Assembly (NCBI GenBank): GCA_963767005.1
Contig: CAVYCN010000010.1
Coordinates: forward strand, 100,059 to 164,058
Source: an uncultured Actinomycetes bacterium
GTDB taxonomy: Bacteria > Actinomycetota > Thermoleophilia > UBA2241
Length of the DNA: 64,000 bases
Direction of reading: 5' to 3'
Position 1 is the first letter of the stretch; every line of letters begins with the position of its first letter. Below, one piece after another: positions 49,185 through 58,385 of this stretch. The notes beneath the pieces are model-generated. The model searched no databases and was not told where the DNA came from. It was given only the letters and a program-made list of their open reading frames with translations. Position numbers and translations under genes: made by a program.

Positions 49185-49676
49185 CTACGAAGGCCGAGAG
49201 TCGCCCGCCAGGGCGACGGCGAGCTCGACGGCCCGCGGCGCGTCGGCGGCCCGGTGCAGGCCGTCGAGCTCGCCGTCGGCGGCCGCCACCCTCCAGCTTT
49301 CGAGCAGCACCACCTGACGGCCGATCGAGCGCGCCAGGCCGATCTCGGACAGCGTGCCCCAGGCGCCGTCCAGGGCGATCACCACGTCGCCGCTGGCCAC
49401 CACCGCCAGGTTGCGGGCGTGGCCGATGCCGGTGGCGACCGTCACCGTGAGGTCGGGGGCCGCGTCGCGGCGGTCGAGGCCCGGCAGGATGCCCACGCTG
49501 CAGCCGCCGCGCCGGCGCACGCCGCGCGCGACGGCCTCCATGACGCCCGACTTGCCGCCGCAGACCACCGTGCAGCCGCGCTCGGCGAGCAGCTCGCCGA
49601 GCTGCTCGCCGAGCGCGGCGATGCGCGCCGTGCAGGTGCTGCCGCCGATCACGCTCACGCAGATGCCGTCCATCAC
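49185..49676 (-). CDS. TIGR00725 / LOG family protein
   Basis: VVCGGKSGVMEA, VGILPG, TGIGHARN, GAWGTLSEI. Confidence 0.9.
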   Translation of the reverse strand: MMDGICVSVIGGSTCTARIAALGEQLGELLAERGCTVVCGGKSGVMEAVARGVRRRGGCSVGILPGLDRRDAAPDLTVTVATGIGHARNLAVVASGDVVIALDGAWGTLSEIGLARSIGRQVVLLESWRVAAADGELDGLHRAADAPRAVELAVALAGDSRPS

Positions 49677-49728
49677 TCTCCGCCGTGCCGCGTCGTTTTG
49701 CCGAGCACGCTCACCGCGACGCCGGTCA

Positions 49729-50325
49729 TCAGTCCTCGCCGTGCGACGCCGTCTCGGGCGTCTCGTCGGGGGCCGCCTCGGCGACGGCGCGTCGCCCGGC
49801 GATCCAGCCGTGCAGCAGGTGGAAGCCGTCGCGAAAGCCGCGGCGCTGATAGAACCGTCGCGCGCCGTCGTTGACCGTGTCGACGCCGATGCAGTACTGG
49901 TCGATGCCGCGCGCCAGCAGGCGGTCTTCGGCGGCGTCGAGCAGGACCGTGCCGATGCCGCCGCCGCGCTCGCCGGGCGCCACCGACAGCGAGGTGAGCT
50001 CGGCGAAGTGTGCGCCGGTGTCCCAGACCGGGTCGGGCGGCTGGACGCGCATGACGGCGTAGCCGATCAGCCGCTCGCCGCGCCAGGCGCCCAGGGCGAA
50101 CGAGTCGCCGCCGGAAAGGACCTCTTCGTAGAGCGCCCGGCGGCGCGGCCACGACACCTCGTGCGGCACGAGCCGGACGACCGAATCGGACTCGCGCAGG
50201 TGGTCGATCAGCGCGCGCCAGAGCGGTTCGACCGCGTCGAGATGGCCGGCGTCGAGCGGCCCGACGACCACGCCGTCGACTGTCGCGCGCCCGGCGGCCG
50301 CGCCGGCGCTCGTGCCGGCGCTCAT
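49729..50325 (-). CDS. GNAT family N-acetyltransferase
   Basis: ELTSLSVAPGERGGGIG, NDGARRFYQRRGF. Confidence 0.85.
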   Translation of the reverse strand: MSAGTSAGAAAGRATVDGVVVGPLDAGHLDAVEPLWRALIDHLRESDSVVRLVPHEVSWPRRRALYEEVLSGGDSFALGAWRGERLIGYAVMRVQPPDPVWDTGAHFAELTSLSVAPGERGGGIGTVLLDAAEDRLLARGIDQYCIGVDTVNDGARRFYQRRGFRDGFHLLHGWIAGRRAVAEAAPDETPETASHGED

Positions 50326-50335
50326 GTGAGCATCC

Positions 50336-52615
50336 TCATGTTCGAATTCCCCCTTCGGCGTCGGTGGCCGTGATCGCCCGCAGGAGCGCAAGCGCCCCCT
50401 GCTTGTGGAGCGGTTCGTTCAAGTTACCGCACTTGGGGCTCTGGACGCACGAGGGACAGCCCGCCTCGCACGGGCACTCGGCGATCAGCAGGGCCGCGTC
50501 GGCGGCGAGGTCGGTGAAGGCCTCGAAGGCGCGCCGCGTGAGGCCGATGCCGCCCTGGTGGCCATCGTAGATGAAGACGGTGGCGAGGTCGGTCTGCCAG
50601 TGCCAGGCCGTCGACAGACCGCCGATGTCCCAGCGGTCGCACATGGCGTAGAGCGGCAGCACGGCGATGCAGGTGTGCTCGGCGGCGTGCAGCGCGCCGA
50701 GCACGGCGCCTTCGTCGAGGTGGGCCGCCAGCAGCGCGGGCGGCAGCGTGAACCAGAGCGCCTCGGTGGTGAAGACCTGCTCGGGCAGGTCGAGCGTGAC
50801 CGTGTCGATCACCTCGCCGTCGTCGACGCCGCGCTTCTGGTAGGCGACGACCCGCTCGGTCACCTCGATCGTGCCGAACGACAGCACGGCGCCGCCGGCC
50901 AGCGGGTGCGGCGAGCCGCCGCCGGCGATGGCGACGTGCTTCTCGACCTTGGCCTGCGTGTAGTAGGCGCCGCGGAAGGGCTCGACCATCACGCCGGCGG
51001 CGTCGAGGTCGAGATGGCGCACCAGGTAGCTTTCGCCGAGGTGCAGGTAGACGGCGCCGGGGTGGGCGGCGCGAAAGACGCGATCGCTCTCGACAGTGCC
51101 GAGCACCGTACCGTCGCGGCCGTCGGCGATCACGAAGTTGCGGTCGGAGGCCGAGCGCAGGCCGGTCCGCAGGGCAGGGGAGTGGGAGCGGCCCCAGGCG
51201 AGGGCGCCCGTCGCGGTGCGGCGCAGCTCGCCGCGAGCGGCGAGCTGCGCCGCCCGCGCCATGCCGGCCTCGCCGAACCAGGCCTCGTCGCCTTCGTCGA
51301 GCGGCCGCTCGTAGGCTGCCGCCGCCAGGTGGGCCGCGAGGATGTGGGGGTTGGTGAGGTCGACGATCGCGTCTTCGACCGCGCGCGACAGCAGGCGCTC
51401 GGGCTCGCGCATGAAGTACTGGTCGAGGGCGTCCTGGCCGGCGACGAGGACGGCCCAGCCCTTGCCGGCCCGGCCGGCCCGGCCCCAGCGCTGCCAGAGG
51501 CTCGTCATGGTGCCGGGAAAGCCGGTGACCAGGGCGAGGTCGAGGCCGCCCACGTCGATGCCGAGCTCAAGCGCGCTGGTCGCCACCACGGCGCGCAGCT
51601 CGCCGTCGAACAGGCGCCGCTCGATCTCGCGGCGCTGCTCGGGCGTGTAGCCGGCACGGTAGGGCATGACGCCATCGGCCGCCGACGGGTCGCGGTCGGT
51701 CAGGCGGCGGCGCACGAAGCCGTAGACGAGCTCGGCGGCCTTGCGCGTGGGGGCGAAGTCGATCGCCCGGCGGCCGGCCAGCACGGTCTCGGCGAGCACG
51801 TAGCTCGACTCGGCGAGGGCGCTCTTGCGCACGCCGAGGGCAACGTCGAGCAGCGGCGGGTTCCAGAGCACGATGGTGCGCTCGGGCTGCGGCGCGCCGC
51901 TGTCGTCGATCGCCGTGAACGGCAGGCCGACGAGCCGCTCGGCGAAGGGCTGCGGATTGGCGATGGTGGCCGAGGCGAGCACGAAGCGGGGATCGGCGCC
52001 GTAGGCGGCGCACAGCCGCCGCAACCGGCGCACGACCTGGGCGACGTGCGAGCCGAACACGCCCCGGTACACGTGCGCCTCGTCGAGCACGACGAAGCGC
52101 AGCTGGTGCAGGAACTCGGCCCAGCGCTCGTGGGCCGGCAGGATGCCGGCGTGCAGCATGTCGGGGTTGGTGAGCACGATGGTCGCGGCCGAGCGCACCC
52201 GGGCGCGCTCGGCGCGCGGTGTGTCGCCGTCGTAGAGGGCGACGACGGCGCCGGGCAGCCGCAGCGCCGCGAGCTTGCGGGCCTGGTCCTGGGCGAGCGC
52301 CTTGGTCGGGTACACGAAGAGCGCCCGGCTGGCGCGGTCGCGGGCGAAGGCGTCGAGCGTGGGCAGGGCGAAGGCGAGCGACTTGCCGCTGGCCGTGCCG
52401 GTCGCGACCACGACGTTGTCGCCGGCGGCGAGGTGGTCCCACACCCGGCGCTGGTGGCTGTAGAGCGCGTCGATGCCCTGGCCGCGTAGGGCGGCGGCGA
52501 TGCCGGGATCGAGGTCGCCGGGCAGGGGCTCGTGCCGCGCCGGCCGCGCGGCGCGGTGCGTGACGTAGACGACCTGCTCGTGGGAGCCGTCGGTCAGAAA
52601 GGCCACGTCGGGCAT
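50336..52615 (-). CDS. DEAH helicase with DUF1998 (MrfA/SftH/Hrq1-like DNA repair helicase)
   Basis: LYSHQ, TGTASGKS, YPTKALAQDQ, DEAH, SAT, QRWGRAGR, AMCDRWD, CPCEAGCPSC. Confidence 0.93.
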   Translation of the reverse strand: MPDVAFLTDGSHEQVVYVTHRAARPARHEPLPGDLDPGIAAALRGQGIDALYSHQRRVWDHLAAGDNVVVATGTASGKSLAFALPTLDAFARDRASRALFVYPTKALAQDQARKLAALRLPGAVVALYDGDTPRAERARVRSAATIVLTNPDMLHAGILPAHERWAEFLHQLRFVVLDEAHVYRGVFGSHVAQVVRRLRRLCAAYGADPRFVLASATIANPQPFAERLVGLPFTAIDDSGAPQPERTIVLWNPPLLDVALGVRKSALAESSYVLAETVLAGRRAIDFAPTRKAAELVYGFVRRRLTDRDPSAADGVMPYRAGYTPEQRREIERRLFDGELRAVVATSALELGIDVGGLDLALVTGFPGTMTSLWQRWGRAGRAGKGWAVLVAGQDALDQYFMREPERLLSRAVEDAIVDLTNPHILAAHLAAAAYERPLDEGDEAWFGEAGMARAAQLAARGELRRTATGALAWGRSHSPALRTGLRSASDRNFVIADGRDGTVLGTVESDRVFRAAHPGAVYLHLGESYLVRHLDLDAAGVMVEPFRGAYYTQAKVEKHVAIAGGGSPHPLAGGAVLSFGTIEVTERVVAYQKRGVDDGEVIDTVTLDLPEQVFTTEALWFTLPPALLAAHLDEGAVLGALHAAEHTCIAVLPLYAMCDRWDIGGLSTAWHWQTDLATVFIYDGHQGGIGLTRRAFEAFTDLAADAALLIAECPCEAGCPSCVQSPKCGNLNEPLHKQGALALLRAITATDAEGGIRT

Positions 52616-52697
52616 GGCACGATCTTAGACCATGGCCGCGACGGCTCGGGTGGATGGGCACCGACGGCGCCGGCGGCCCGCAAGGGGGCAGAGACGA

Positions 52698-52737
52698 GGA
52701 CGGCCGCGGCGGCCCTGCAGGGCCGCCGCGGCCGTCC
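52698..52737. terminator. 40-bp perfect palindrome downstream of the CAP gene
   Basis: ggacggccgcggcggccctg|cagggccgccgcggccgtcc. Confidence 0.6.
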
Positions 52738-52751
52738 CGACGCTGTGCCGG

Positions 52752-53261
52752 CTACGTCGTGCGGGCGCCGCAGTCGAGCGTGAAGAACACGACGCCCGAG
52801 AGGCCGTCGTAGGAGCCCTTGGCACGCCCCAGGCCGACCTTGCGAAAACGGCCGCAGAGGATGACGGCGCGGTGTGGCGCGCTGTGCATCCAGGCCCGGA
52901 AGATCGCCTTCGGCGAGCCCAGGCTACCGGAGCCCCAGGCGATGCACTCGCCGACGGTCCAGCTCTTGCAGCCGGACGGCGAGAAGCCGAAGCGGATCAG
53001 GCGCTGCGCGAAGGTGTTGCCGTTGTACGAGGAGTGGCTGAAGTAGCCACGCCGCACCATCTCACGCGAGTGGGCGTTGGCCGCCCTCTGCAGGCACGGC
53101 GCCACGCCGAGCTTGTGAAGGTGGTGCTTGACACGCGTGTGGTTGATCAGAGCGAGGAGCTGGCGCTCGGGCTTGGTCAGGTTCGCCGCCCGGGCCGGCA
53201 CCGGCCCGAGGACGAGCACCGCGAGCGCGGCGAGGACGATACAGATCGTGAGTCGCTTCAC
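52752..53261 (-). CDS. Secreted CAP/SCP domain protein
   Basis: Signal peptide; LINHTR, AHSREM..GYFSH, GECIAWG, WMHSAPHRAVIL; GGAGG RBS before GTG 53261. Confidence 0.88.
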   Translation of the reverse strand: MKRLTICIVLAALAVLVLGPVPARAANLTKPERQLLALINHTRVKHHLHKLGVAPCLQRAANAHSREMVRRGYFSHSSYNGNTFAQRLIRFGFSPSGCKSWTVGECIAWGSGSLGSPKAIFRAWMHSAPHRAVILCGRFRKVGLGRAKGSYDGLSGVVFFTLDCGARTT

Positions 53262-53484
53262 GGCCGCCTCCGAACGCGTCCCGGCGACCCGCCGGGACGT
53301 TTTTGTGAACCGCATCCTGGTAGCGGTATCGGAGGTGGCGCGCACGACTTGAGCGCGCGCCCGGTGGCTGTGCGGCGGGCACGTCGCAAAGTCGTTGCCG
53401 AGTCGGGCAACGACGCTCGTCGCGGCGTCCGGCCGGAGCGCCGCAGCTTGCCAGGAACGGGCGGCCGCGTATACCCTCAGGAGC

Positions 53485-54264
53485 ATGCACAGCCTGAGTT
53501 ACGAACGACGGCAGGCGAAGAGGGCTCGCCGGCGTCAGGTCAGGCGCCGGCGTTTCGTGGCCATCCTGGTGGTCGTTCCTCTCGTCATCGGCGCGATTTG
53601 CGCGGCCTACGCCTGGCCGGCGTCCAAGCCGGCGCGGGTGCCCTCGGCCAACGTGGTCTCGCAGTTCGGTCAGTCCGGCACGGTCGTGCGGCACATCGTG
53701 GTGGCGCGGGTCGAGGGCATCGACCTGCTCCTGCCGGTCAGGCTCGAGGCCTCGACAGCCGTCGCCTTCCACCCGGTCGACAACCGCAACAGCGTCGCCC
53801 TGCGGCCGGTCGGTCGGCAGGGCGATCCCTCGGGGGTCGCCGGCACGCTGGCCGACCTCTTCGCGAGCGGCGGCATGCGCTACTACGAGATGGGCGGCGA
53901 TGCCAGCGACGCCTCGTCGAGCACCGCCGGCCTCGACGTCGGCGCGGTGCCCGGCGCCTTCATCTACAGCCCGGTCGACGGCCGCGTGATCGCGGTCACG
54001 TCGTACCGCCTGCTCGGCCGCTACGCCGATACCGAGATCGACCTCCAGCTCGCCGACGACCCCAGCCTGCTGCTGATCATCACGCACGTCGTCGGGGCGC
54101 AGGTGAAGATCGGCGCCGACGTCACCGCCGGCCAGAGCGTGCTCGGCGAGGTGCGCGCCTTCCCGCGCAGCCTGCACCAGGACCTGCGCCAGTTCACGAC
54201 CGACAACGGCGACCACGTGCAGCTCGTCGCCGTGCGCGAGCCCACCCAGATCTCGGGGTTCTGA
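53485..54264 (+). CDS. Membrane-anchored degenerate M23/LytM-like protein
   Basis: Basic N-terminus plus TM; TAGLDVGAVPGAFIYSPVDGRV, VKIGADVTAGQSVLG; canonical Zn-binding His residues appear absent. Confidence 0.6.
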   Translation: MHSLSYERRQAKRARRRQVRRRRFVAILVVVPLVIGAICAAYAWPASKPARVPSANVVSQFGQSGTVVRHIVVARVEGIDLLLPVRLEASTAVAFHPVDNRNSVALRPVGRQGDPSGVAGTLADLFASGGMRYYEMGGDASDASSSTAGLDVGAVPGAFIYSPVDGRVIAVTSYRLLGRYADTEIDLQLADDPSLLLIITHVVGAQVKIGADVTAGQSVLGEVRAFPRSLHQDLRQFTTDNGDHVQLVAVREPTQISGF

Positions 54265-54267
54265 CCG

Positions 54268-55092
54268 GTGGCCACTCGCGCCGTCCCGGCCGCTCGTCTG
54301 GCCCTGATCGGCGGCTCGGCGACCCAGGGCGGCCCGTTCCCGGGCGACCTGCACGCCGACGTCGTGCCGCTCGCCGACGACCTCGTCTTCGACACGCCCT
54401 ACGGCGGCAGCCCGCCGTTCCGGTTGTTCGAGCTCGCCGGCCGGCCGGTCCTGCACGTGCGCATGCACGGCTGGCGGCCGGGCGTGCCCCGCGGCCGGGC
54501 GTCGCGTCAGGTGTTCAGCGTGCTGCACCGGGCGGGTGTGAGCCGCATCCTCTCCGAGGCGGGAGTGGGCAGCCTCAACCAGCTGCTCGACCCCGGCGAC
54601 CTCGTGGTCTGCGACGACTTCGTCGACCTCTCGACCGACCGCGCCGGCGAGGGCGTCATCGGCGACCACCTGCTGATCATGCGCGAGCCGGTCTGCCCGG
54701 TCGGGCGCGAGGCGCTGCTCGCGAGCGCGCGGCGCCTCGCGCCCGACCGGCGCCTGTTCGGTCGCGGGACCTACGTGGTCACCGAGGGGCCGCGCTTCGA
54801 GTCGCCGGCCGAGGTGCGCCACCTGCGCAGCCTCGGCGACGTCGTCGGCCAGAGCTTCTCGCCCGAGGTCTGGCTGGCCCGCGACATCGGCGCCTGCTAC
54901 GCCGGCATCTACCTCATCGTCAACTACGGCGAGGGCGTCGTCGCGGACTGGAGCCACGACGAGCTCAAGCGCCGCTTCACCGACGACGCCACGATCATGG
55001 GACGGATCGTGCTCGACGCGGCCGCCGCGCTGCCCGACGACGCGCCGGGCTGCCGCTGCCGCGAGCTGCGCAAGCCCACGCTGCTGCGCTAG
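54268..55092 (+). CDS. MTAP-family purine nucleoside phosphorylase
   Basis: LIGGS, FDTPYG, GVGSL, DDFVD, VTEGPRFESPAE, DVVGQ, PEVWLARD, VNYG. Confidence 0.85.
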   Translation: MATRAVPAARLALIGGSATQGGPFPGDLHADVVPLADDLVFDTPYGGSPPFRLFELAGRPVLHVRMHGWRPGVPRGRASRQVFSVLHRAGVSRILSEAGVGSLNQLLDPGDLVVCDDFVDLSTDRAGEGVIGDHLLIMREPVCPVGREALLASARRLAPDRRLFGRGTYVVTEGPRFESPAEVRHLRSLGDVVGQSFSPEVWLARDIGACYAGIYLIVNYGEGVVADWSHDELKRRFTDDATIMGRIVLDAAAALPDDAPGCRCRELRKPTLLR

Positions 55093-55137
55093 GTGCGCCC
55101 GGCGGCGAGGCCCACGGAGCGGCGCCCGCCGGCGCCC

Positions 55138-56283
55138 CTAGCTCTTCGTCTTGACGAACCACCACGCGACGATGCCGACCGCGTTGAAGATCGCGTGGAG
55201 CGTCATGTTCGTGTAGATCGACTTCGTCCAGTAGAAGGCGGCGGCCAGCACCAGGCCGAGCCCGAAGATCGGGATGAGCACCGATAGCTGCTGGTGCCAC
55301 GCCGCGAAGATCAGGGCCGACACGATGCCGCCCGCGATCGGCCCCCACGTGCGCGACAGTCCTTGAAAGACGAAGGCGCGGAAGAAGGTCTCCTCGAGGA
55401 CGGGCGCGATCAGCACGGCGAGGATGGCGAACAACACGAGTCCCGACGAGCTGTGCGGGAAGATCGTCACCACGTTCTCCTGCGGCACCGGCCCGACGAC
55501 CTGCTTGTACAGGTAGTCGCTGACGATCCCGAGCGCATTGGTGGCGATCAGACCGCCGACGATCAGGGCGAAGGCGATGGCCCAGGCGCTGCGCTCCTCG
55601 TAGCGGCGAAAGCCCCAGGCAGCGAACGGCAGGTGGTACTTGCGCAGCGAGAAGAACCACGCCCAGAACACGAGCCAGCCGTCGACCAGCACGGTCGACA
55701 CGATCGCCGCCAGGGCGAAGCCCGAGGTGGGCGTCTGCTGCGTGCCCGTCGCCGAGCCGGCGAGCATGCCGAGCACGGTCAGTGCGAGGATCGGGGCGCC
55801 CGCGACCACGATCGCCAGCAGCACGTCGCGCCAGGCCCAGGGCACCTGCCCGGGACGCGCGCCGCCCACGCGCCCGAAGACCGCGTGGGCATCGACCGCC
55901 CGCGTCTCCTGTGGCCCCGGGCCGTAGGCATACTGCGCGACCGGCGCCGATGGGGCCGCGTACGGATACGAGCCGGGCTGCGCCGGCGCTCCCGCGCCGT
56001 ACGGATACTGTCCGGCTGGCGCCGGCGCTCCCGCGCCGTACGGAGAGGGACCGGCCGGCTGCTGCCACACGGCCTGCCACGTGCCGTCGGGCGCCTGCAC
56101 CCAGCCTGCGGGCTGCTGCCAGACGGGTTGCCAGCTGCCGTCCGGCGCCTGCCACCAGCCGGCCGGCTGGGGCGGGCCGAACGCGGCGCCGCCGGGTGGG
56201 GGGGAACCGGCGGCGGGTTCGGGCGGCGGGGCCCCGCCGGCAGAACCCACGTTGGTGTCCTGTCTCGTGGGGTCGTCGTCCAC
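55138..56283 (-). CDS. CPBP/Abi (type II CAAX) intramembrane glutamic endopeptidase with a repeat-rich N-terminus
   Basis: APVLEETFFRAFVF, SALIFAAWH, LHAIFN; N-terminal GWxQAPDGxWQ twice. Confidence 0.88.
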   Translation of the reverse strand: MDDDPTRQDTNVGSAGGAPPPEPAAGSPPPGGAAFGPPQPAGWWQAPDGSWQPVWQQPAGWVQAPDGTWQAVWQQPAGPSPYGAGAPAPAGQYPYGAGAPAQPGSYPYAAPSAPVAQYAYGPGPQETRAVDAHAVFGRVGGARPGQVPWAWRDVLLAIVVAGAPILALTVLGMLAGSATGTQQTPTSGFALAAIVSTVLVDGWLVFWAWFFSLRKYHLPFAAWGFRRYEERSAWAIAFALIVGGLIATNALGIVSDYLYKQVVGPVPQENVVTIFPHSSSGLVLFAILAVLIAPVLEETFFRAFVFQGLSRTWGPIAGGIVSALIFAAWHQQLSVLIPIFGLGLVLAAAFYWTKSIYTNMTLHAIFNAVGIVAWWFVKTKS

Positions 56284-56317
56284 TGCTCACCTGTCTCCGG
56301 TCGCCGTCGATTCTACA

Positions 56318-56435
56318 CACTAGGCGCGCCACGAAGTCTCGCCAGCCTGAGCGACGACAGCGAAGTCCTTCGTCGGCACTAGGCGCGCGACGGAGACTCG
56401 CCAGCCTGAGCGTCAGCGACGAAGCCGACTGGCGC
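56318..56435 (-). repeat. Two tandem 59-bp units of the dispersed repeat family, in reverse orientation to 23225-23348
   Basis: cactaggcgcgc(c/g)acg(a/g)ag(t/a)ctcgccagcctgagcg at 56318 and 56377; matches the reverse complement of the hemL-leader unit. Confidence 0.8.
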
Positions 56436-56583
56436 CATGGTTGAGCGGGCGCACCCCGGGGCAGACCGGTCCTTGGAGATGGCTCGGCAAGGTTTGGCGG
56501 TGCGGATCGGTCTGCTATACTCACGCCTCGCCGGGGGCCCGACCGGGCTGCGGCCGACGCTCGCGCCGGTCGTCGCCGGTTCG

Positions 56584-56612
56584 TTGACCCCCTCGCGAGG
56601 GCCTGCTATCCT
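56584..56612 (+). promoter_or_regulatory. Sigma70-type promoter for rpmG
   Basis: TTGACC-N17-TATCCT. Confidence 0.7.
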
Positions 56613-56640
56613 AACTTGCTTTCTGTGAAAGGGAGACAGC

Positions 56641-56790
56641 GTGCGCCAACTGGTGACTCTCGCTTGCCAGGAATGCAAGCGTCGCAACTACCATACGAAC
56701 AAGAACAAGAAGAACGACCCCGACCGCATCGAACTCAAGAAGTACTGCCGGTGGTGCGGGCGGCAGACCGTCCACAAGGAAACTCGTTAG
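56641..56790 (+). CDS. rpmG: 50S ribosomal protein L33 (Zn-binding form)
   Basis: Manual translation [49 protein letters not shown]; GGGAG RBS. Confidence 0.97.
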   Translation: MRQLVTLACQECKRRNYHTNKNKKNDPDRIELKKYCRWCGRQTVHKETR

Positions 56791-56838
56791 GACCGGCGGT
56801 GTTCCGTCCGCACGGGCGGGACGGCGCGCGGCTTCCTT

Positions 56839-56914
56839 AGGGCTGTAGCTCAATTGGTAGAGCACCGGTCTCCAAAACCGGGGGTCGGGGGTTCGAGTCC
56901 CTCCAGCCCTGCCA
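56839..56914 (+). tRNA. tRNA-Trp (CCA)
   Basis: AGGGCTG acceptor stem, TAGCTCAATTGGTAGAGC D-arm, CCGGT-CTCCAAA-ACCGG anticodon arm, GGTTCGAGTCC T-loop, 3' CCA; canonical position before secE. Confidence 0.97.
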
Positions 56915-56935
56915 GCTGAACAACGGGAGCAGGTC

Positions 56936-57292
56936 GTGGCGAAAGCCGTGAGGAACAACCAGGCGGGGCCGGGCAAGCGGTCCGACTCCACGCAGACCGG
57001 CAAGCGCGACGGGCGCTCCGGCAAGGGCGGCGCGCCGGCCAAGCGCGGCAGCACGCGCGTCAACCAGGCGCGCCAGCGGGCTCAGCAGCGGTCCGGCCAG
57101 AAGCAGGGTTTCACTTGGTCCAAGTTCCTGCGCGACGTGCGCGTCGAACTGTCCAAGGTCACCTGGCCGACGCGCAGCGAGCTCCTCATGTCGACCGTCG
57201 TGGTGCTTGTCGCGGTGGCCATCGCCGGCGCCTACACCGGCGCGCTCGACTACGTGTTCGGCCACCTGATCAACCTCGTCATACCCAAATAA
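56936..57292 (+). CDS. secE: Preprotein translocase subunit SecE
   Basis: FLRDVRVELSKVTWPTRSEL plus a TM helix. Confidence 0.95.
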   Translation: MAKAVRNNQAGPGKRSDSTQTGKRDGRSGKGGAPAKRGSTRVNQARQRAQQRSGQKQGFTWSKFLRDVRVELSKVTWPTRSELLMSTVVVLVAVAIAGAYTGALDYVFGHLINLVIPK

Positions 57293-57307
57293 CGAAACGG
57301 AGTCGGT

Positions 57308-57832
57308 GTGTTCCAGTGGTATGTGGTCAACACGTACTCGGGCCACGAGAACAAAGTCAAAGAGAACCTCGAGCACCGCATCGTCTCGATGGCTCAGCAA
57401 GACGCGATCGTGCGCGTCGTCGTGCCGACTGAGCAGGTCGTCGAGACCAAGGACGGCGAGAAGATCACGAGCGAGAAGCGCGTGTTCCCGGGCTATGTCC
57501 TGGTGCAGATGGAGCTCACCGACGAATCCTGGTCGGCTGTCAAGAACACGCCGGGCGTGACCGGGTTCGTGGGGGCGGCCAACAAGCCGGTCGCGCTGTC
57601 GCGCGCCGAGGTCGACCGCATCCTCCACACCGCCTCGGTCGAGCGTCCCAAGCAGAAGGCGGAGTTCTCGGTCGGCGAGGTCGTGCGGGTCACATCGGGC
57701 CCGCTGTCCGACTTCTCCGGCGAGGTCTCCGAGGTCAACGCCGACCAGAACAAGCTCAAAGTGATGGTCTCGATCTTCGGCCGCGAAACACCCGTCGAGC
57801 TCGGGTTCGAGCAGGTCAAGAAGACCGGCTAA
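57308..57832 (+). CDS. nusG: Transcription termination/antitermination factor NusG
   Basis: [42 protein letters not shown]. Confidence 0.98.
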   Translation: MFQWYVVNTYSGHENKVKENLEHRIVSMAQQDAIVRVVVPTEQVVETKDGEKITSEKRVFPGYVLVQMELTDESWSAVKNTPGVTGFVGAANKPVALSRAEVDRILHTASVERPKQKAEFSVGEVVRVTSGPLSDFSGEVSEVNADQNKLKVMVSIFGRETPVELGFEQVKKTG

Positions 57833-57865
57833 GAGCACTGATCCCACCGACGAAGCGAGGCTGAC

Positions 57866-58288
57866 GTGGCCAAGAAGGTCATGACCGTGATCAAGCTGCA
57901 GATCCCTGCCGGGGCGGCCAACCCGGCGCCGCCCGTGGGCCCCGCCCTGGGCCAGCACGGCGTCAACATCATGGAGTTCTGCAAGGCGTTCAACGCGCGT
58001 ACGCAGGCTCAGACGGGCACGATCATCCCGGTCGAGATCTCGGTCTTCGAAGACCGCTCGTTCACGTTCATCACCAAGACGCCGCCGGCCGCCGTGCTGC
58101 TGCGCGAGGCGGCCGGCGTCGACAAGGGCTCGGGCGAGCCCAACCGTACCAAGGTGGCGAGCGTGTCGCGCGACAAGGTGCGCGAGATCGCCGAGCTCAA
58201 GATGCCCGACCTGAACGCCAACGACGTCGAGGCCGCGATGCGCATCATCGAAGGCACGGCGCGCAGCATGGGCATCACCGTCGAGTAG
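57866..58288 (+). CDS. rplK: 50S ribosomal protein L11
   Basis: [34 protein letters not shown]. Confidence 0.98.
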   Translation: MAKKVMTVIKLQIPAGAANPAPPVGPALGQHGVNIMEFCKAFNARTQAQTGTIIPVEISVFEDRSFTFITKTPPAAVLLREAAGVDKGSGEPNRTKVASVSRDKVREIAELKMPDLNANDVEAAMRIIEGTARSMGITVE

Positions 58289-58337
58289 CCGCTCGACGAC
58301 CGACAGGTAAAGGAGCGGGCGCCTGCCGGCGCCCGCG

Positions 58338-58373
58338 GTGGGAGGCGGCCCGCGGGGCCGCCGCCAGGACCAC
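58338..58373 (+). promoter_or_regulatory. Putative L1-binding autoregulatory leader hairpin before rplA
   Basis: GTGGGAG-gcggccc..ggggccgc-...ACCAC immediately before the rplA RBS. Confidence 0.55.
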
Positions 58374-58385
58374 GAGGAGGCACAC

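Noticed and set aside
50336-52615. DUF1998 helicase as part of a DISARM/Druantia defence system
   Set aside because: It is a single fused helicase-DUF1998 gene with host-like composition and no methylase or partner genes, which fits MrfA/SftH repair helicases.
56318-56435. 59-bp units considered as integron attC sites or a mini-CRISPR
   Set aside because: No RYYYAAC/GTTRRRY ends, no integrase or cassette ORFs, only two units per locus, and the inter-repeat parts are themselves similar.
56525-56590. Possible degenerate tRNA upstream of rpmG (GGTTCG after a TATACT promoter-like box)
   Set aside because: No cloverleaf, D-arm or acceptor stem can be built.
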